This document shows positions 63,150 to 64,000 of a stretch of 64,000 bases of DNA, piece after piece. Positions within the stretch are counted from its first letter, which is position 1; each line of letters begins with the position of its first letter. Under the pieces are notes generated by a model. That model was not told the origin of the DNA. It made no database searches and worked only from the letters and a program-made list of their open reading frames with translations. This stretch comes from Yuukianura sp. NJ FZ-2021 (Eukaryota): assembly GCA_046563655.1 (NCBI GenBank), contig CM102287.1:8990001-9054000 (forward strand). The letters are read 5' to 3'. Position numbers and translations under genes: made by a program.

Positions 63150-63350
63150 AATTTAACTTTCGCCAATTTATGAATTGGCGAAAATTTAAACGGCGAAAAG
63201 TTAATTGGGGGGATTTTAAACGGCGAAAAGTTAATTGGGGGGATTTTAAACGGCGAAAAGTTAATTGGGGGGAATTTAAACGGCGAAAAGTTAATTGGGG
63301 GGATTTTAAACGGGGAGAAGTTAATCGGCGAAACTTTAACCGGCGAAAAG
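63150..63350. repeat. 30-bp minisatellite (TTTAAACGGCGAAAAGTTAATTGGGGGGA[T/A]), about 5-6 copies, with an inverted partial copy upstream
   Basis: Head-to-tail units directly visible at 63182-63350; TTCGCCAATT...AATTGGCGAA hairpin at about 63159-63182. Confidence 0.9.
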
Positions 63351-64000
63351 TGAGTGTTTCCCGCAAGCTTTTGTTTCCCGTCAATAGATTTCTCCCCCCA
63401 ATTGATTTGACAAAAATACTCAGGAGTGACACCGGGCACCTGTAATATATGGGCACCCAAATTATTTCATATTTATTTTAAACATTATATAAATTAAATT
63501 AAACTAATTTTAAAACTAATTAAAATCTCCAATTATTTTTAATTAATATTTAGCACACTTAGTTTATCATTAATTAACTTATAATACATGAATGATTGAA
63601 TTTAATGTTGCCCATGTATGATGTAGGCGTTGTGACATGGTAAATGACTTTTTCATTTACCATTTTGTTTTGAAATCATATAGAATCATACAAGTTCTCA
63701 GGTTTCAAACCAATTTAACCAATTTAAATTAAGTTTAAGTTTCTAAGTTGAAGTCAGGTGCCTGGTCTAAAGAAAGTCATGTCAGTGGAAGCAACTGCTG
63801 CTGCAAGCAATTTCTGGATACCATTTTCTCAACTACCTAAAGGTCAGTGCATAATGAATTTGTAAAGGGCCCCCTAATTTTCAATCGTGTTCTTGAGCTT
63901 AACCAAAGTCAAACTTAATGCAGTATATTAATTAACTTTTCAGAGCAGCAAACTTGAATCATTATTTGATTAACCTGAGAACTTGTATGATTCTATATGA

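Noticed and set aside
63106..63460. Repetitive ORFs and a CRISPR-like appearance
   Set aside because: Units are head-to-tail with no unique spacers, there are no cas genes and the context is eukaryotic; ORFs are open in several frames simply because of the repeat.

Overview
This is an AT-rich eukaryotic (animal) window with GT-AG introns, mostly 60-120 nt. Gene content suggests an arthropod, probably a non-insect hexapod such as a springtail; this is inference from ZAD-like C2H2 genes, a GR-like 7TM receptor and an F-box/LRR expansion. I assembled about 18 spliced gene models by hand. They are a Dok-7 orthologue (4828-22890, two micro-exons absent from the ORF track), a NUDT5-like Nudix protein with a degenerate catalytic box, a chemoreceptor-like 7TM gene, a cluster of small secreted Cys-rich proteins, GFRP-like and DUF4728-like genes, three tandem ZAD-like/C2H2 genes, a four-BED-finger gene and two tandem F-box/LRR genes. 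At least eight non-autonomous DNA-transposon or foldback insertions are present, several with target-site duplications confirmed against empty sites in paralogues. Most notable: (1) one zinc-finger paralogue splices in frame to a Tc1/mariner-type transposase HTH exon, a candidate host-transposase fusion; (2) a TA-flanked transposon in the sister paralogue's intron carries an intron-containing cargo gene (TM, Cys cluster, Pro-rich PPxY tail) plus a nested foldback element; (3) the first BED exon of the neighbouring gene lies between hAT-like TIRs. Family assignments are from recognition of motifs, not database searches, and splice models are unverified by transcripts.
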